A DNA stretch of 47,705 bases from Myxococcota bacterium (GTDB taxonomy: Bacteria > Myxococcota_A > UBA9042 > PHBI01 > JAWLBL01), in contig JAWLBL010000042.1 of the NCBI GenBank assembly GCA_041687695.1, forward strand, positions 1 through 47,705, given 5' to 3'. Below, piece after piece: positions 37,801 to 45,649 of the stretch (the first letter of the stretch is position 1; each line of letters begins with the position of its first letter). The notes under the pieces were generated by a model. The model saw nothing but the letters and a program-made list of their open reading frames with translations, made no database searches and had not been told where the DNA came from. The position numbers and the translations under genes were made by a program.

Positions 37801-38032
37801 GCAGCCCGAGCCGCGACTCATCCAGGTTCGACAGGCCGTCCCCGTCCTCGTCCCCGTCCGGCTCCATGCAGACGGACTCGTAGCAGAGGTTGCTCGCGCA
37901 GGCCGAGTCCTCGCCGCACGTGTCCCCGCGCTTGCGCCGCTCATCGTCGTCACACCCGACCAGCCCCACCAGCGCCGCCAGGATCACCCCCCGGACCAGC
38001 GCCGTCCTCGACATCGATGTCCGCTCGAGCAT
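31874..38032 (-). CDS. Giant Cys-rich repeat lipoprotein (~2050 aa; start 38032 or 38014)
   Basis: Lipobox LVGC; DxDGDG Ca-binding-type repeats; roughly 47 copies of 27-aa CDDGDACNGVETCD..TG.C..G..V; C-terminal Cys modules. Confidence 0.85.
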   Translation of the reverse strand: MLERTSMSRTALVRGVILAALVGLVGCDDDERRKRGDTCGEDSACASNLCYESVCMEPDGDEDGDGLSNLDESRLGLRATDADTDGDGKSDFEEVGTSKSPPDRDGDGIIDALESSIEDADGDCLPDEEDPKNDEPDLTVCDDGDACNGVETCDAPSGQCKPGEPPKCDDGDACNGVETCDSASGECVAGTAVSCDDGDACNGVETCDSASGECVAGTAVTCDDGDACNGVETCDSATGECVAGTEVSCDDGDACNGVETCDAATGECVAGTAVSCDDGDACNGVETCDAATGECVAGTAVTCDDGDACNGVETCDSASGECVAGTAVSCDDGDACNGVETCDTATGECVAGTAVTCDDGDACNGVETCDSASGECVAGTAVTCDDGDACNGVETCDSATGECVAGTAVTCDDGDACNGVETCDSATGECVAGTAVSCDDGDACNGVETCDSATGECVAGTAVSCDDGDACNGVETCDSATGECVAGTAVSCDDGDACNGVETCDSATGECVAGTAVSCDDGDACNGGETCDSATGECVAGTAVSCDDGDACNGVETCDSASGECVAGTAVTCDDGDACNGVETCDSASGECVAGTAVTCDDGDACNGAETCDSASGECVAGTAVTCDDGDACNGVETCDSATGECVAGTAVTCDDGDACNGVETCDSATGECVAGTAVSCDDGDACNGVETCDSASGECVAGTPVTCDDGDACNGVESCDSATGACVAGTPVTCDDGDACNGVESCDSASGECVAGTPVTCDDGDACNGVESCNPTTGACVAGSPVTCDDGNACNGVETCDVATGACLAGTPVVCGDGDACNGGETCDPATGACVDGDPIVCDDGDACNGLETCNPTTGACISGTPVTCDDGDACNGLETCNPSTGACLAGDPVVCGDGDACNGVETCDPATGACLPGDPVVCDDGDACNGLETCNPSTGACLAGDPVVCGDGNACNGVETCDTATGACLPGTPVVCDDGDACNGVETCNFDTGACLEGVPVICDDGDACNGVETCDAATGACLAGDPVVCDDGDACNGLETCDAQTGECLSGAPVVCDDGNVCNGVETCDAATGECLAGTALSCNDGDACNGVETCDPATGCVQGTPLACDDGDACNGAETCSPTSGCVPGTPLVCDDADACNGVETCNPDLGCVAGEALVCDDGDACNGAEGCDPATGECLPGDPVLCGDGDACNGVETCDPATGACLAGDPVVCDDGDACNGVEGCNPLTGACIAGTPLACDDGDPCNGFESCSSALGACVAGTPLECDDGNACNGLETCDAASGGCLAGEPVVCDDGDVCNGFETCDPASGACLNGEPVVCDDGNACNGVESCASDTGECVDGEPVVCDDGDACNGVETCVPDTGECVGGVPVECDDGDPCNGLEVCNPSSGVCMFTEPPQCDDGDPCNGNEACEPGVGCTTVSEPPICISDNPCVVATCVAGEGCNNFFVEGPCDDGNACSTEDTCVEATGGCVGQGTLACDDGNPCTDDLCDPFTGCVHLPSPVGTCDDGDPCNGAEVCDAGKCQAGSPPVCADDDPCTADACDPDIGCVFTPTTGPCEDGNPCTTGDMCDPVAGGCLSGEPVECPDDGNPCTTAFCDFGGGGCVTFPVSGSCSDGDVCNGFEFCDGNGNCQAGSPMDCNDGDPCTVDSCDAQAGCTSTPSTGPCDDGDPCTENDSCGQGFCAGQPLDCGEGDACLEGYCNPDQGGCVLFDKECDDGNFCTADACDPEFGCVFEDQCGPICGNGACDPDEDCQTCPRDCGGCPTSCCMPSEEPGCQDGEVAPCVCSHDPYCCEVAWDVICVALVERRGCGQCDTEPTCGDQVCDLQIESCETCMADCGPCGGECGDGMCTPGESCELCPDDCGECAECGDGMCNSDESCETCPDDCGECGQCGDGECGPGESCLNCDKDCGPCEGACCVAHPTPGCEQPDVTFCMCEQDPFCCEVAWDAVCASSVEALGCGSCEGQPVCRDGQCEPGESCGGCPQDCGPCEDGSCCSPHPEPGCVDPEVSACVCDFEPSCCNDGWSETCVMLVDELGCGTCTAGN
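33750..37613 (-). repeat. Coding tandem repeat array, mostly 81-bp units
   Basis: GGTCTCGACGCCGTTGCAGGCGTCGCCGTCGTCGCA recurs on the + strand every 78-81 bp. Confidence 0.9.
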
Positions 38033-38259
38033 GCCACTTCCCCACCCTGTTCGCGGTGCGCCGACCCTAGCCTCACCCGCGGCCCGACGCAACGCGCGCT
38101 CCCCCGGGTGGCGCCCCGCCAGCGTCCCCGACACGCGCCCCGCGCCCCCTCCCCGCCGCCTCCCGATCGCCGCCCACGGCCGTTCACTCACCCGGGGTTG
38201 GCGCCCGCCGTCGCGTGGCGCATGCTGACGCCCCGCACCCCATCCCCGAGAGGTCCGCG

Positions 38260-39726
38260 ATGGCCACCCGCCCGCCCGTCGACGCCCCCTCCCGCGCCCG
38301 CCAGGCGCCCTACCTGTCCGCCCTGCACCCCCTCGGCCACCTGCCCGAGGTCCGCCGCGATCCGCTGGGCCTGTTCATGCGCGCCCTGCACGAAAACGGC
38401 GACGTGGTCCGCCTCCGCACGGGCCCGCTCAGGGCCTTCATCTTCTCGCACCCCGATCACGTCCAGCGCGTCCTCGTCGGCAACCTGGCCAACTACACCA
38501 AGCAGACCCGCGGCTACATCAAGCTGCGCCTGGTCCTGGGCGAGGGCCTGGTCACCAGCGAAGGCGAGCTCTGGAAGCGCCAGCGCCGCATCGTCCAGCC
38601 GTCGTTCCACCCCAGACGCGTGGCCGGCTTCGCCGAGACCATGACCCGCTGCGCCGACGCGCTGGCCGACGCCTGGGAACCGCTGGCCCGCCGCCACGCG
38701 ACCATCGACGTGGCCGACGAGATGATGGCGCTGACCCTGCGCGTCGCCTGCCTGACCCTGTTCTCCCACGACGTCGGCCCCTCCGGCTCCAACGAGGTCT
38801 CGCGCGCGATGGGCGACTACCTGTCCTACTTCACGCGCCTGGTCTCGACCCCGCTGCCCTTCCCCGAGGCCCTGCCGACCCCCCGCGCCGCCCGCATGCG
38901 CCGCGGCGTCCGCACCGTGCACGCCATCGTCGACGACCTCATCGCCCGCCGCCGCCGCCGCGACGCCGCCGACCCGGCCGCCGCCGCCGAGGCCACCGAT
39001 CTGCTCGGCATGCTCATGGCCGCCCGCGACGAAGAGACCGGCGAGGCCATGAGCGATCGTCACCTGCGCGACGAGGTCGTGACCATGCTGCTGGCCGGCC
39101 ACGAGACCACCGCCAACGCGCTGACCTGGGCCTTCCACCTGCTGGGCGACCACCCCGAGGTCGTCGCCCGCCTCGAGGCCGAGCTCGCCCAGGTCCTCGG
39201 CGGCCGCACACCCACCTGGGACGACTTCCCCCGCCTCACCTACACCGGCCAGGTGCTCGAAGAGGTCATGCGCCTGTACCCGCCGGTCTATGTGCTCGGC
39301 CGCCGCGCCGAGGCGCGCGACGTCGTCGGCGGCTTCGAGATCCCGCAGGGCGCCTACGTCTTCATCAGCCAGTACGCCATGCACCGCCACCCCGACTACT
39401 GGCCCGACCCCGAGCGCTTCGACCCCGACCGCTTCGCGCCCGGCGCGCCTAAGCCCGGCGGCGGCCACCGCGGCGCCTGGTTCCCCTTCAGCATCGGCCA
39501 GCGCCTGTGCATCGGCGAGCACTTCGCCCGCCTCGAGACGCGCCTGGTCCTGGCGACGCTGGCGCAGCGCTTTCGGCTCGGCCGCGAGCACGGCTTCCCG
39601 GTCGTGCCGCAGGCCAGCGTCACCTTGCGGCCCGAGCACGGCCTTCAGATGCGCCTGTCGCTGCGCGCCAACGAGCCCGCGGCCCGCGAACGCGCGGCGT
39701 CCCGATTGGTCACGGCGTCAGCGTGA
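38260..39726 (+). CDS. Cytochrome P450
   Basis: AGHETT I-helix, EVMR (ExxR), PERFDPDRF, and heme motif FSIGQRLCIG. Confidence 0.93.
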   Translation: MATRPPVDAPSRARQAPYLSALHPLGHLPEVRRDPLGLFMRALHENGDVVRLRTGPLRAFIFSHPDHVQRVLVGNLANYTKQTRGYIKLRLVLGEGLVTSEGELWKRQRRIVQPSFHPRRVAGFAETMTRCADALADAWEPLARRHATIDVADEMMALTLRVACLTLFSHDVGPSGSNEVSRAMGDYLSYFTRLVSTPLPFPEALPTPRAARMRRGVRTVHAIVDDLIARRRRRDAADPAAAAEATDLLGMLMAARDEETGEAMSDRHLRDEVVTMLLAGHETTANALTWAFHLLGDHPEVVARLEAELAQVLGGRTPTWDDFPRLTYTGQVLEEVMRLYPPVYVLGRRAEARDVVGGFEIPQGAYVFISQYAMHRHPDYWPDPERFDPDRFAPGAPKPGGGHRGAWFPFSIGQRLCIGEHFARLETRLVLATLAQRFRLGREHGFPVVPQASVTLRPEHGLQMRLSLRANEPAARERAASRLVTASA

Positions 39727-40702
39727 CCGGGCCGCCAGTCGACCGGGCCAGGGCCGCCGGCACGTCGTAGCTGCCGGCGACCTTGCGGTTCTGGCGCAGG
39801 CGCGTGACGCCCAGGGCGGCGTTGAGGCTGCTCGCCGTGCCGCGCACGGCCGTCAGCGCCGCCTTGGGCAGCACCGCGCTGCCCGTGTCCGCGACCTCGC
39901 ACACCATCGCCGTCCCGGCGACCGCCTGGAAGCTGCCGTCCAGCGGGTTCAGCGTGATGAGGACCTGCTGGCCCGTGCCCTTGTTCCAGGTCACGGTCAC
40001 GTCCCCGCCGGTCGAAACCTCGGCGCCCAGCCCGGTCGCCGGCGCGCTCAGGATCACCGGCTCGGGCGCCTGCACGACCAGGCTGAACGCCGGCAGGTCC
40101 TTGCCGCCGGCCGCCGACAGGGTCACCAGCGCGCCGCCGCCCGGCAGCAGGTCCTGATGGTCGGTCGCCAGGGTCGACGCGTAGCTGGTGCCCTGGGCGC
40201 CTTCGGCCATCGGGGTCAGGGTCACCGCGGGCGTGGTCCCGGCGACGGTGACGGCGCCCGCGTCGTAGCCGAAGGTGACGGGCGCCGGGGCGTTCGGGTC
40301 GGCCGGCCCGACGACGCAGGGGCCGAAGGTCTGACCCGACAGAGACGGGGGCCCGGCCACGGTGAAGCGGGCGACGGCGCTGGCGGCGTTGACGAAGCCC
40401 GAGTCCAGCTCGCTCAGCAGGACGCCGCCGCCCAACTGGGTTACGCCGGGAGTCGTGTCGGGCAGCGGTCCGGTGTCGGCCGGCGGCTGCGTCGTGTCGG
40501 CCGGCCCTTCGTCCGGCGCGCCAGGATCCGCCGCGACATCGGGGGCGACGTCGGGCTCGGCCGCGTCCGGGGTCGTGCCGGCGTCGGTGTCGGCGAAGCT
40601 GATGGGCGCGTCGGGCGCCGGCGTGGCCCCGCCACCCGCATCGTCGCAGCCAGCCAGCAGCGCCATCGCCGCACCCACGAGCAGGCCCTTCCGACATCCC
40701 AT
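39710..40702 (-). CDS. Hypothetical lipoprotein
   Basis: GGAGG RBS; lipobox LAGC; Asp/Pro linker followed by a beta-rich domain. Confidence 0.75.
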   Translation of the reverse strand: MGCRKGLLVGAAMALLAGCDDAGGGATPAPDAPISFADTDAGTTPDAAEPDVAPDVAADPGAPDEGPADTTQPPADTGPLPDTTPGVTQLGGGVLLSELDSGFVNAASAVARFTVAGPPSLSGQTFGPCVVGPADPNAPAPVTFGYDAGAVTVAGTTPAVTLTPMAEGAQGTSYASTLATDHQDLLPGGGALVTLSAAGGKDLPAFSLVVQAPEPVILSAPATGLGAEVSTGGDVTVTWNKGTGQQVLITLNPLDGSFQAVAGTAMVCEVADTGSAVLPKAALTAVRGTASSLNAALGVTRLRQNRKVAGSYDVPAALARSTGGPVTLTP

Positions 40703-40819
40703 CGCCGTCCTCCACCGCCGGGCGCCCCTCGCGCGCCGCGCTCAGTCAGCGCCAACCGCCCCGCCGAGTCAAGCGCGGCCGTCCGCTCGCGGCAGGGCTA
40801 CCGAGTCCTGGTTCGGGCC

Positions 40820-40872
40820 ACCGGACTGCACGAGCTCGCTCGTGCTCCGGCATGGCGCAGCTCGCTGCGCCC
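40820..40872. repeat. Paired short hairpins (REP-like)
   Basis: GCACGAGC-TC-GCTCGTGC and GGCGCAGC-TC-GCTGCGCC; the second has the same stem as the hairpin at 148-165. Confidence 0.55.
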
Positions 40873-40905
40873 GCGAGGCTACAGTCCCATGCCTCCCCGC
40901 GCAGC

Positions 40906-40964
40906 TGGCTGCGCGACCCACGAGCCCGAGCGAGCTCGAACCGTCCAACACGCCCGTAGCTAGA
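40906..40964 (+). repeat. 59-bp element, copy 1 (copy 2 at 45120-45178)
   Basis: 54/59 identical by manual alignment; weaker similarity extends about 20 bp upstream. Confidence 0.85.
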
Positions 40965-41055
40965 ACCCGTCGCGGTCGCTCACGCGCGCCGGCGGGCTGC
41001 GTTCGGCCGCCGTCCGGGTTATGGTCCTGACGCGGCCCCGGAGGGCGGCAGGAGC

Positions 41056-42270
41056 GTGGGCGTGGGCGAGCAGACGGCGGACGGGCAGGGCAGGGCGGGC
41101 GCCTCGCGCGCGGGGCGGATCCCCGTGCGCCGCGCCGTCGACGACATCGCCCGCTGGCTGTTCGAGCCCCTCCTGGCCCCGCGCCCCGAGGGCTCCTCCT
41201 GGCGCGTCGTCGCCTGGGACGCCGAGCAGGGCCTCTGCCTGACCCTGGACCGCAAGGGCGTCCTCCTCCTCGTCGAGCTCGAGGACCGCGACGACGCCCG
41301 CGACTGCTACGCCCGCACCGCCCGCTTCAACGTCACCGCCCGCCGCGTCTTCGACGAGGGCGCCCCCCTCGGCCCCGGCGAGCACAAGCTGGTCATGGGC
41401 GTCGTCGAGTTGGTGCGCCGCCGAGAGGGTGGCCTGCCCGACCTCACCGCCGCGCCCACTCGGGCGCGCTCGGCCTCGCGCGATCTCCTGGTCGACCGCG
41501 TCCTCATCCCCGAGGGCCGCGGCACCTACTACGTCAACCCCTACGTCGGCTGCACCATCGGCTGCTCCTTCTGCTACGTAGAGGGCCGCGCCGACCTCTC
41601 CCGGCGCCTCGAGGGCCTGCCCCACGTCCCCTGGGGCCGCTACGTCGACGTCAAGGTCAACGCCCCCGAGGTCCTCGCCCGCGAGCTGCCCCTGCACCCG
41701 CCGGGCCCGGTCCGCATGAGCCCCATCCTGACCGACCCCTACCAGCCCATCGAGCGCAAGGCCCGCATCACCCGCCGCTGCCTCGAGGTCATGGTCGGCA
41801 CCGGCTACACTCCCCTCATCCTGACCCGCGCCGCCCGCATCACCGACGACCTCGACGTCCTGACCCGCTTCGACGCCCCGGCCATCGGCCTGTCCATCCC
41901 CACCGACGACGACTCCGTCCGCCGCCTCTTCGAGCCCCACGCCGACCCGGTCGACGCTCGCATCGAGGCCCTCCGCGCCCTCCACCAGGCCGGCTGCCAC
42001 ACCTTCGTCGTCATCCAGCCCATGCTCCCCATGGACCCCGATCGCCTCGTCGCCCAGGTCGCCCCCTACGTCCGCGCGGCCCGCGTCGACCGCATGCACT
42101 TCATCGAGTCGGTCCGCCCCACCTACGCCGCCCACGGCCTCGAGCACGCGGCCACCCAACCCTGGTTCGACCAGACCCGCGCCCGCCTCCTCGCCGGCTT
42201 CGCCTCCCACGGCGTCGCCGTCGACGAACACGACGACCTCCTGGAAGCCATGCACCGCCACGGCGGCTGA
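41056..42270 (+). CDS. SPL-like radical SAM protein with an extra N-terminal domain
   Basis: NPYVGCTIGCSFCY (CxxxCxxC), VKVNAPE.L..EL, TDPYQPIE....ITR.CLE, and FEP.A....RI.AL..L. Confidence 0.85.
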   Translation: MGVGEQTADGQGRAGASRAGRIPVRRAVDDIARWLFEPLLAPRPEGSSWRVVAWDAEQGLCLTLDRKGVLLLVELEDRDDARDCYARTARFNVTARRVFDEGAPLGPGEHKLVMGVVELVRRREGGLPDLTAAPTRARSASRDLLVDRVLIPEGRGTYYVNPYVGCTIGCSFCYVEGRADLSRRLEGLPHVPWGRYVDVKVNAPEVLARELPLHPPGPVRMSPILTDPYQPIERKARITRRCLEVMVGTGYTPLILTRAARITDDLDVLTRFDAPAIGLSIPTDDDSVRRLFEPHADPVDARIEALRALHQAGCHTFVVIQPMLPMDPDRLVAQVAPYVRAARVDRMHFIESVRPTYAAHGLEHAATQPWFDQTRARLLAGFASHGVAVDEHDDLLEAMHRHGG

Positions 42271-42282
42271 CGAGCACCGCCC

Positions 42283-42454
42283 TGGAGTGCCCGCGCTAGC
42301 GCGGGCTCGTTGGAGTGCCCGCGCTAGCGCGGGCTCGTTGGAGTGCCCGCGCTAGCGCGGGCTGGTTGGTCAGCAAAGCTCGCGGCGCTCACCTGCAGCC
42401 AAGCCGCAACGCACGCACTTGGCTCATCGTCCCGGGACGACGGACTCTGGCCAC
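42283..42454. repeat. 28-bp palindromic unit x3 followed by an internally deleted copy of the ~180-bp dispersed element
   Basis: TGGAGTGCCCGCGCTAGCGCGGGCT at 42283, 42311 and 42339, then GCGGCGCTCACCTGCAGCCAA...TCGTCCCGGGACGACG...CTCTGGCCAC as at 47221-47345. Confidence 0.85.
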
Positions 42455-42481
42455 CCACGCCCAGGCACAGGACACAGAGCG

Positions 42482-42871
42482 ATGCCCCCTCCAAAGCGCC
42501 TACGCCCCGGGCCCGGCCTCGCGGTCCTCTTGATCCTCGGTGCGACGACGATGGGCTCGGCGCCTGCCGGGTTGCGGCCCGAGGCGCCGACGGCGGGCGA
42601 TCCGTCGCGCACCTTCCAGGGCGTCAACCGCGCCGTGTGGCGCTGCGTGCAGGCGGCGACCATCAAGGAGCACGAGACCGTGTACTCGCCCGAGGAGGCG
42701 GCGCGCGGGACCGCGACGACCGACACGCCCGTGGGGCTGGTCATCCTCGACTGGGACCTCGACGAGGCCGGTCAGGAGCTGCGGTACACGCTGCGCGACA
42801 AGCCCTTCATCATCACCGAGGGGCAGGTCTGGGGCGGCATCCGCGAGTCGATCGAGGACTGCCAGCGGTAG
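42482..42871 (+). CDS. Small secreted hypothetical protein
   Basis: Signal-like N-terminus; GC3-biased codons; two Cys. Confidence 0.6.
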   Translation: MPPPKRLRPGPGLAVLLILGATTMGSAPAGLRPEAPTAGDPSRTFQGVNRAVWRCVQAATIKEHETVYSPEEAARGTATTDTPVGLVILDWDLDEAGQELRYTLRDKPFIITEGQVWGGIRESIEDCQR

Positions 42872-42931
42872 CCCCGCTCCGCCCACTCCCGACAGGCGCG
42901 CGGGGCGAGCGACACGACGACGGCCAAACCC

Positions 42932-43375
42932 TCACTCCTGCCGCGCTCTCCTCGACCGCCAGCCGGCGAAGCGCGCGACGGCCCAGGCGAGCATCGCGAG
43001 CGTCGTCACGCCGCCGATGACCTGCTTGACGAGGTGGTAGCTCGTGCCGGCGAAGTACGTGGCGTCGGTCCACGCGAGGCCGCCACCGACCACCACGACG
43101 GCGATGAGGACGCCGTCGATCGCGCGCGCGTCGCGTCGGCCGGCCCAAAGCCCCGCCGCGAGCAGGGCCGCCGCGGTCAGCTGGAGCGCCCCCAGGCGGC
43201 GGAGCAGCCCCTCGACCGCGTGGTCGCCGGGGAGCGACAGCCAGGGCGACTCGCCGTGGGCGCGCCAGGGCTCCGCCCCGAACAGGAGCCAGCTCCCGAC
43301 CACGAGGTCATAGGCGACCACGGCCCCGAAGACGACCCAGACGACGCGCCGCGCCCACACCTCGGCGGCGGTCAT
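42932..43375 (-). CDS. Hypothetical 4-TM membrane protein
   Basis: Four hydrophobic segments from ATG 43375. Confidence 0.65.
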   Translation of the reverse strand: MTAAEVWARRVVWVVFGAVVAYDLVVGSWLLFGAEPWRAHGESPWLSLPGDHAVEGLLRRLGALQLTAAALLAAGLWAGRRDARAIDGVLIAVVVVGGGLAWTDATYFAGTSYHLVKQVIGGVTTLAMLAWAVARFAGWRSRRARQE

Positions 43376-43736
43376 GAGTTGGTTCGGGCGGAGGCCGGGT
43401 GCCGACGCGGCCGCGTGGTCCGCGAGGACGGCGGGACGTGAGGGGTCGGGTGAGGGCTCGGGTCTACGCATCTTGCAGTTGCCTGTCGCGCCAGGGCCGG
43501 GGCCACGCCTCGAGGGCCGGCGGCATGGGTGGAGGCCCAGCAGTAAGGGGGCAGGTCCACGGATTTGGCAAGGCTCCGTCGTGCCGGCCTACCCCCCATG
43601 GCGCCCGCGCGACCCTCTTGCGGCCCCGCCGCATCCCGATGATGCTCCCCGCCCGGACGACGGCGCCGGGAGCGACCCGGCGGCGCCCGTGGCTGGCGCG
43701 GCCGCCGCCGAACCTCGACCTGCACTCGGAAGGCCC

Positions 43737-45095
43737 ATGCCCCAGCCGCTCGAGCACACCCCCGGTGTCCATGGCGCTCCCCGCCCGCCGCGTCATGGCC
43801 GCGGGCTGCCGCTCTTCGGCTCGCTGGCGGCCATGGCGGCCAACCCGGTCGCCTTCTTTGCGGACGGCTACGCCCGGCACGGTCCCGTGTTCCGCATCCG
43901 CCTCCTGCACCAACAGCTCGTGGTGCTCGCCGGTGCCGAGGCCAACCACTGGCTCGTCCGCCACGAGCGCGACCTCCTGACCTCCAGGGGGCAGTACGAC
44001 GCCATCTCGCGTCTTCAGGGCTCGCATCCGGACTCCATCATCACCAACGTCGACGGCGACCGGCACGACGAGCTCCGCCGCGCCTACAAACACGGCATGT
44101 CGAAGAAGTACCTCGAGGCGCGGCTCGAGACGGCCTCGGCCGTCGGCCGCCGCTTCTTCGACGCGCTGCCCAAGGACGCGCCGCTCGACGCGACCCGCCT
44201 GTGCAAGCAGCTCGTCTTCCAGCAGCTCGGCCACACGCTGACGGGCGAGGCGCCGGACTTCCTGTTCGACGACATCCTCCATCTCCTCAACCGCATGATC
44301 GCGTTCTCGCTGCTGCCGGCCCTCGAGCTCCTGCCGCGCAGCCGCAAGACCCAACAGGTCATCGCCCGGCTGAACACCTACGGCCGCGATCTCAAGGAGC
44401 GCCTGCTGGCCGAGGACCGGCCGTGCCTCCAGACGAACCTCTTTCGTGACCAGGACCGGGGCGTCTTCAAAGAGGAAGACCTCGCGCTGCTGGTCGTGTC
44501 GGGCTACGTGGGCGGCCTCGACACGCTGGCCCACGTGATGAGCTTCGCCCTGCACGTCCTCGTGTCGAACGAGCCGGTGCGGCAGCGCGTGCAGGCCGAG
44601 CTCGACGCCCACTTCGACCCGGAGCACGTGACCGTCGAGAGCCTCGCCCGGCTCGAGAAGACCCGCCACGCCCTCATGGAGTCGATGCGCGTCCATCCGC
44701 TCATCCCCGGGCTGCCGCGCATCGCGCGCACCGACTTCGTCCTCGACGGCCACCAGATCCGCAAAGGCGACCGGCTCCTCCTCGCGGCCACCGTCTCGCA
44801 CTTTGACGACAGGCTGTTCCCGCGGCCCCACGAGTTCGACCTCGACCGCTTCTCCAAAGGGCGCCGCGAGCACCGCCAGCCGGGCGCCTACCAGCCCTAC
44901 GGCGTCGGCGAGCACTTCTGCCTGGGCTCCAGCCAGGCCGAGCTCCAACTGCTCCTGAACGTGGCCCTCCTGTTCCGGCGCTGGCACGTCGCGTGCCACG
45001 ACGAGCGCTACACCCTGCGCACCCGCTGGCTCCCCGTCGCCCACCCGGTCGGCTTCGACGTCGTCGTGCGCCCAAGACCGCTCGCGTTGGCGTGA
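43737..45095 (+). CDS. Cytochrome P450 (divergent I-helix)
   Basis: GLPLFG N-terminus, GGLDT I-helix, ESMR, FDLDRF, and heme motif YGVGEHFCLG; ATG 43737 after GGAAGG. Confidence 0.9.
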   Translation: MPQPLEHTPGVHGAPRPPRHGRGLPLFGSLAAMAANPVAFFADGYARHGPVFRIRLLHQQLVVLAGAEANHWLVRHERDLLTSRGQYDAISRLQGSHPDSIITNVDGDRHDELRRAYKHGMSKKYLEARLETASAVGRRFFDALPKDAPLDATRLCKQLVFQQLGHTLTGEAPDFLFDDILHLLNRMIAFSLLPALELLPRSRKTQQVIARLNTYGRDLKERLLAEDRPCLQTNLFRDQDRGVFKEEDLALLVVSGYVGGLDTLAHVMSFALHVLVSNEPVRQRVQAELDAHFDPEHVTVESLARLEKTRHALMESMRVHPLIPGLPRIARTDFVLDGHQIRKGDRLLLAATVSHFDDRLFPRPHEFDLDRFSKGRREHRQPGAYQPYGVGEHFCLGSSQAELQLLLNVALLFRRWHVACHDERYTLRTRWLPVAHPVGFDVVVRPRPLALA

Positions 45096-45119
45096 CCATA
45101 CCGCCCCGCGAAGCCAATT

Positions 45120-45178
45120 TGGCTGCGCGACCCACGAGCCCGAGCCAGTTCGGGCAGTCCAACACGCCCGTAGCTAGA
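45120..45178 (+). repeat. 59-bp element, copy 2
   Basis: TGGCTGCGCGACCCACGAGCCCGAGC...GTCCAACACGCCCGTAGCTAGA, with central hairpin GCCCGAG...TTCGGGC. Confidence 0.85.
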
Positions 45179-45197
45179 CCTCGATAGCCCTGGCCTG

Positions 45198-45259
45198 ACC
45201 CCTGGGACCTACCCCTGGGACTCACCCAGCTTGACAGGCTCGCATCGTACTTCTAGATG
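45198..45259 (+). promoter_or_regulatory. Candidate sigma70 promoter with upstream direct repeats
   Basis: ACCCCTGGGAC at 45198 and 45211; TTGACA at 45231, 17-bp spacer, weak -10 TAGATG at 45254; an in-frame ATG at 45266 sits at the expected +1. Confidence 0.3.
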
Positions 45260-45649
45260 CCAGGCATGGTCGGCCGCACCTATGATCCCGGCGACAGACG
45301 CACCAAGCACAAGCTCCCGCTCGTGGAGCGCCCGACCTTCGAGCGGAAGGACGGAGCCTTGATCGGGATTTGTCCGAAGGGGATGACCGAAGCCGAACGC
45401 AAGGTCCTGCTGGACCAAGCGATCGAGGCACCCCGCTCGGGCAAGAGGATCATCGTCTTCAACGTTCATCATGGAGTCGTGTACATGGCCGAGTCTTCGG
45501 ATGGACGGACCTTCCACGGCTATCCGTGGCGGCAGCGCCCGGGCCGTCCTGCGCTGCCCCGCAGACTCCGCGACCAGCTCAGAGATCGCGCTAACGAGAG
45601 CGGGCACCTGGCCGAGTTCGAGGCCTGGATGAAGGAACACGGTCGATGA
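45257..45649 (+). CDS. Small hypothetical protein; putative toxin/RNase-like (start 45257 or 45266)
   Basis: 130 aa, visibly less GC-biased; KHK, IGICP, FNV..GVVY.A, and FHGYPW; ATGA overlap with the next gene. Confidence 0.7.
   Translation: MPGMVGRTYDPGDRRTKHKLPLVERPTFERKDGALIGICPKGMTEAERKVLLDQAIEAPRSGKRIIVFNVHHGVVYMAESSDGRTFHGYPWRQRPGRPALPRRLRDQLRDRANESGHLAEFEAWMKEHGR

Noticed and set aside
32208..37883. 1891-aa Ser/Pro/Gln-rich + strand ORF resembling a mucin-like protein
   Set aside because: It is the antisense of the Cys repeat array and stays open because of the repeat codons. It has no signal peptide, and the silent-site pattern favours the minus strand.
38260..45095. Biosynthetic gene cluster (two P450s plus radical SAM)
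   Set aside because: There is no scaffold enzyme or precursor peptide, orientations are mixed, and repeats separate the genes.
40906..45178. Integron attC sites
   Set aside because: The ends do not fit RYYYAAC/GTTRRRY (GCTAGAA and GCTAGAC instead), the enclosed block is multi-gene with mixed orientation, and no intI is present.
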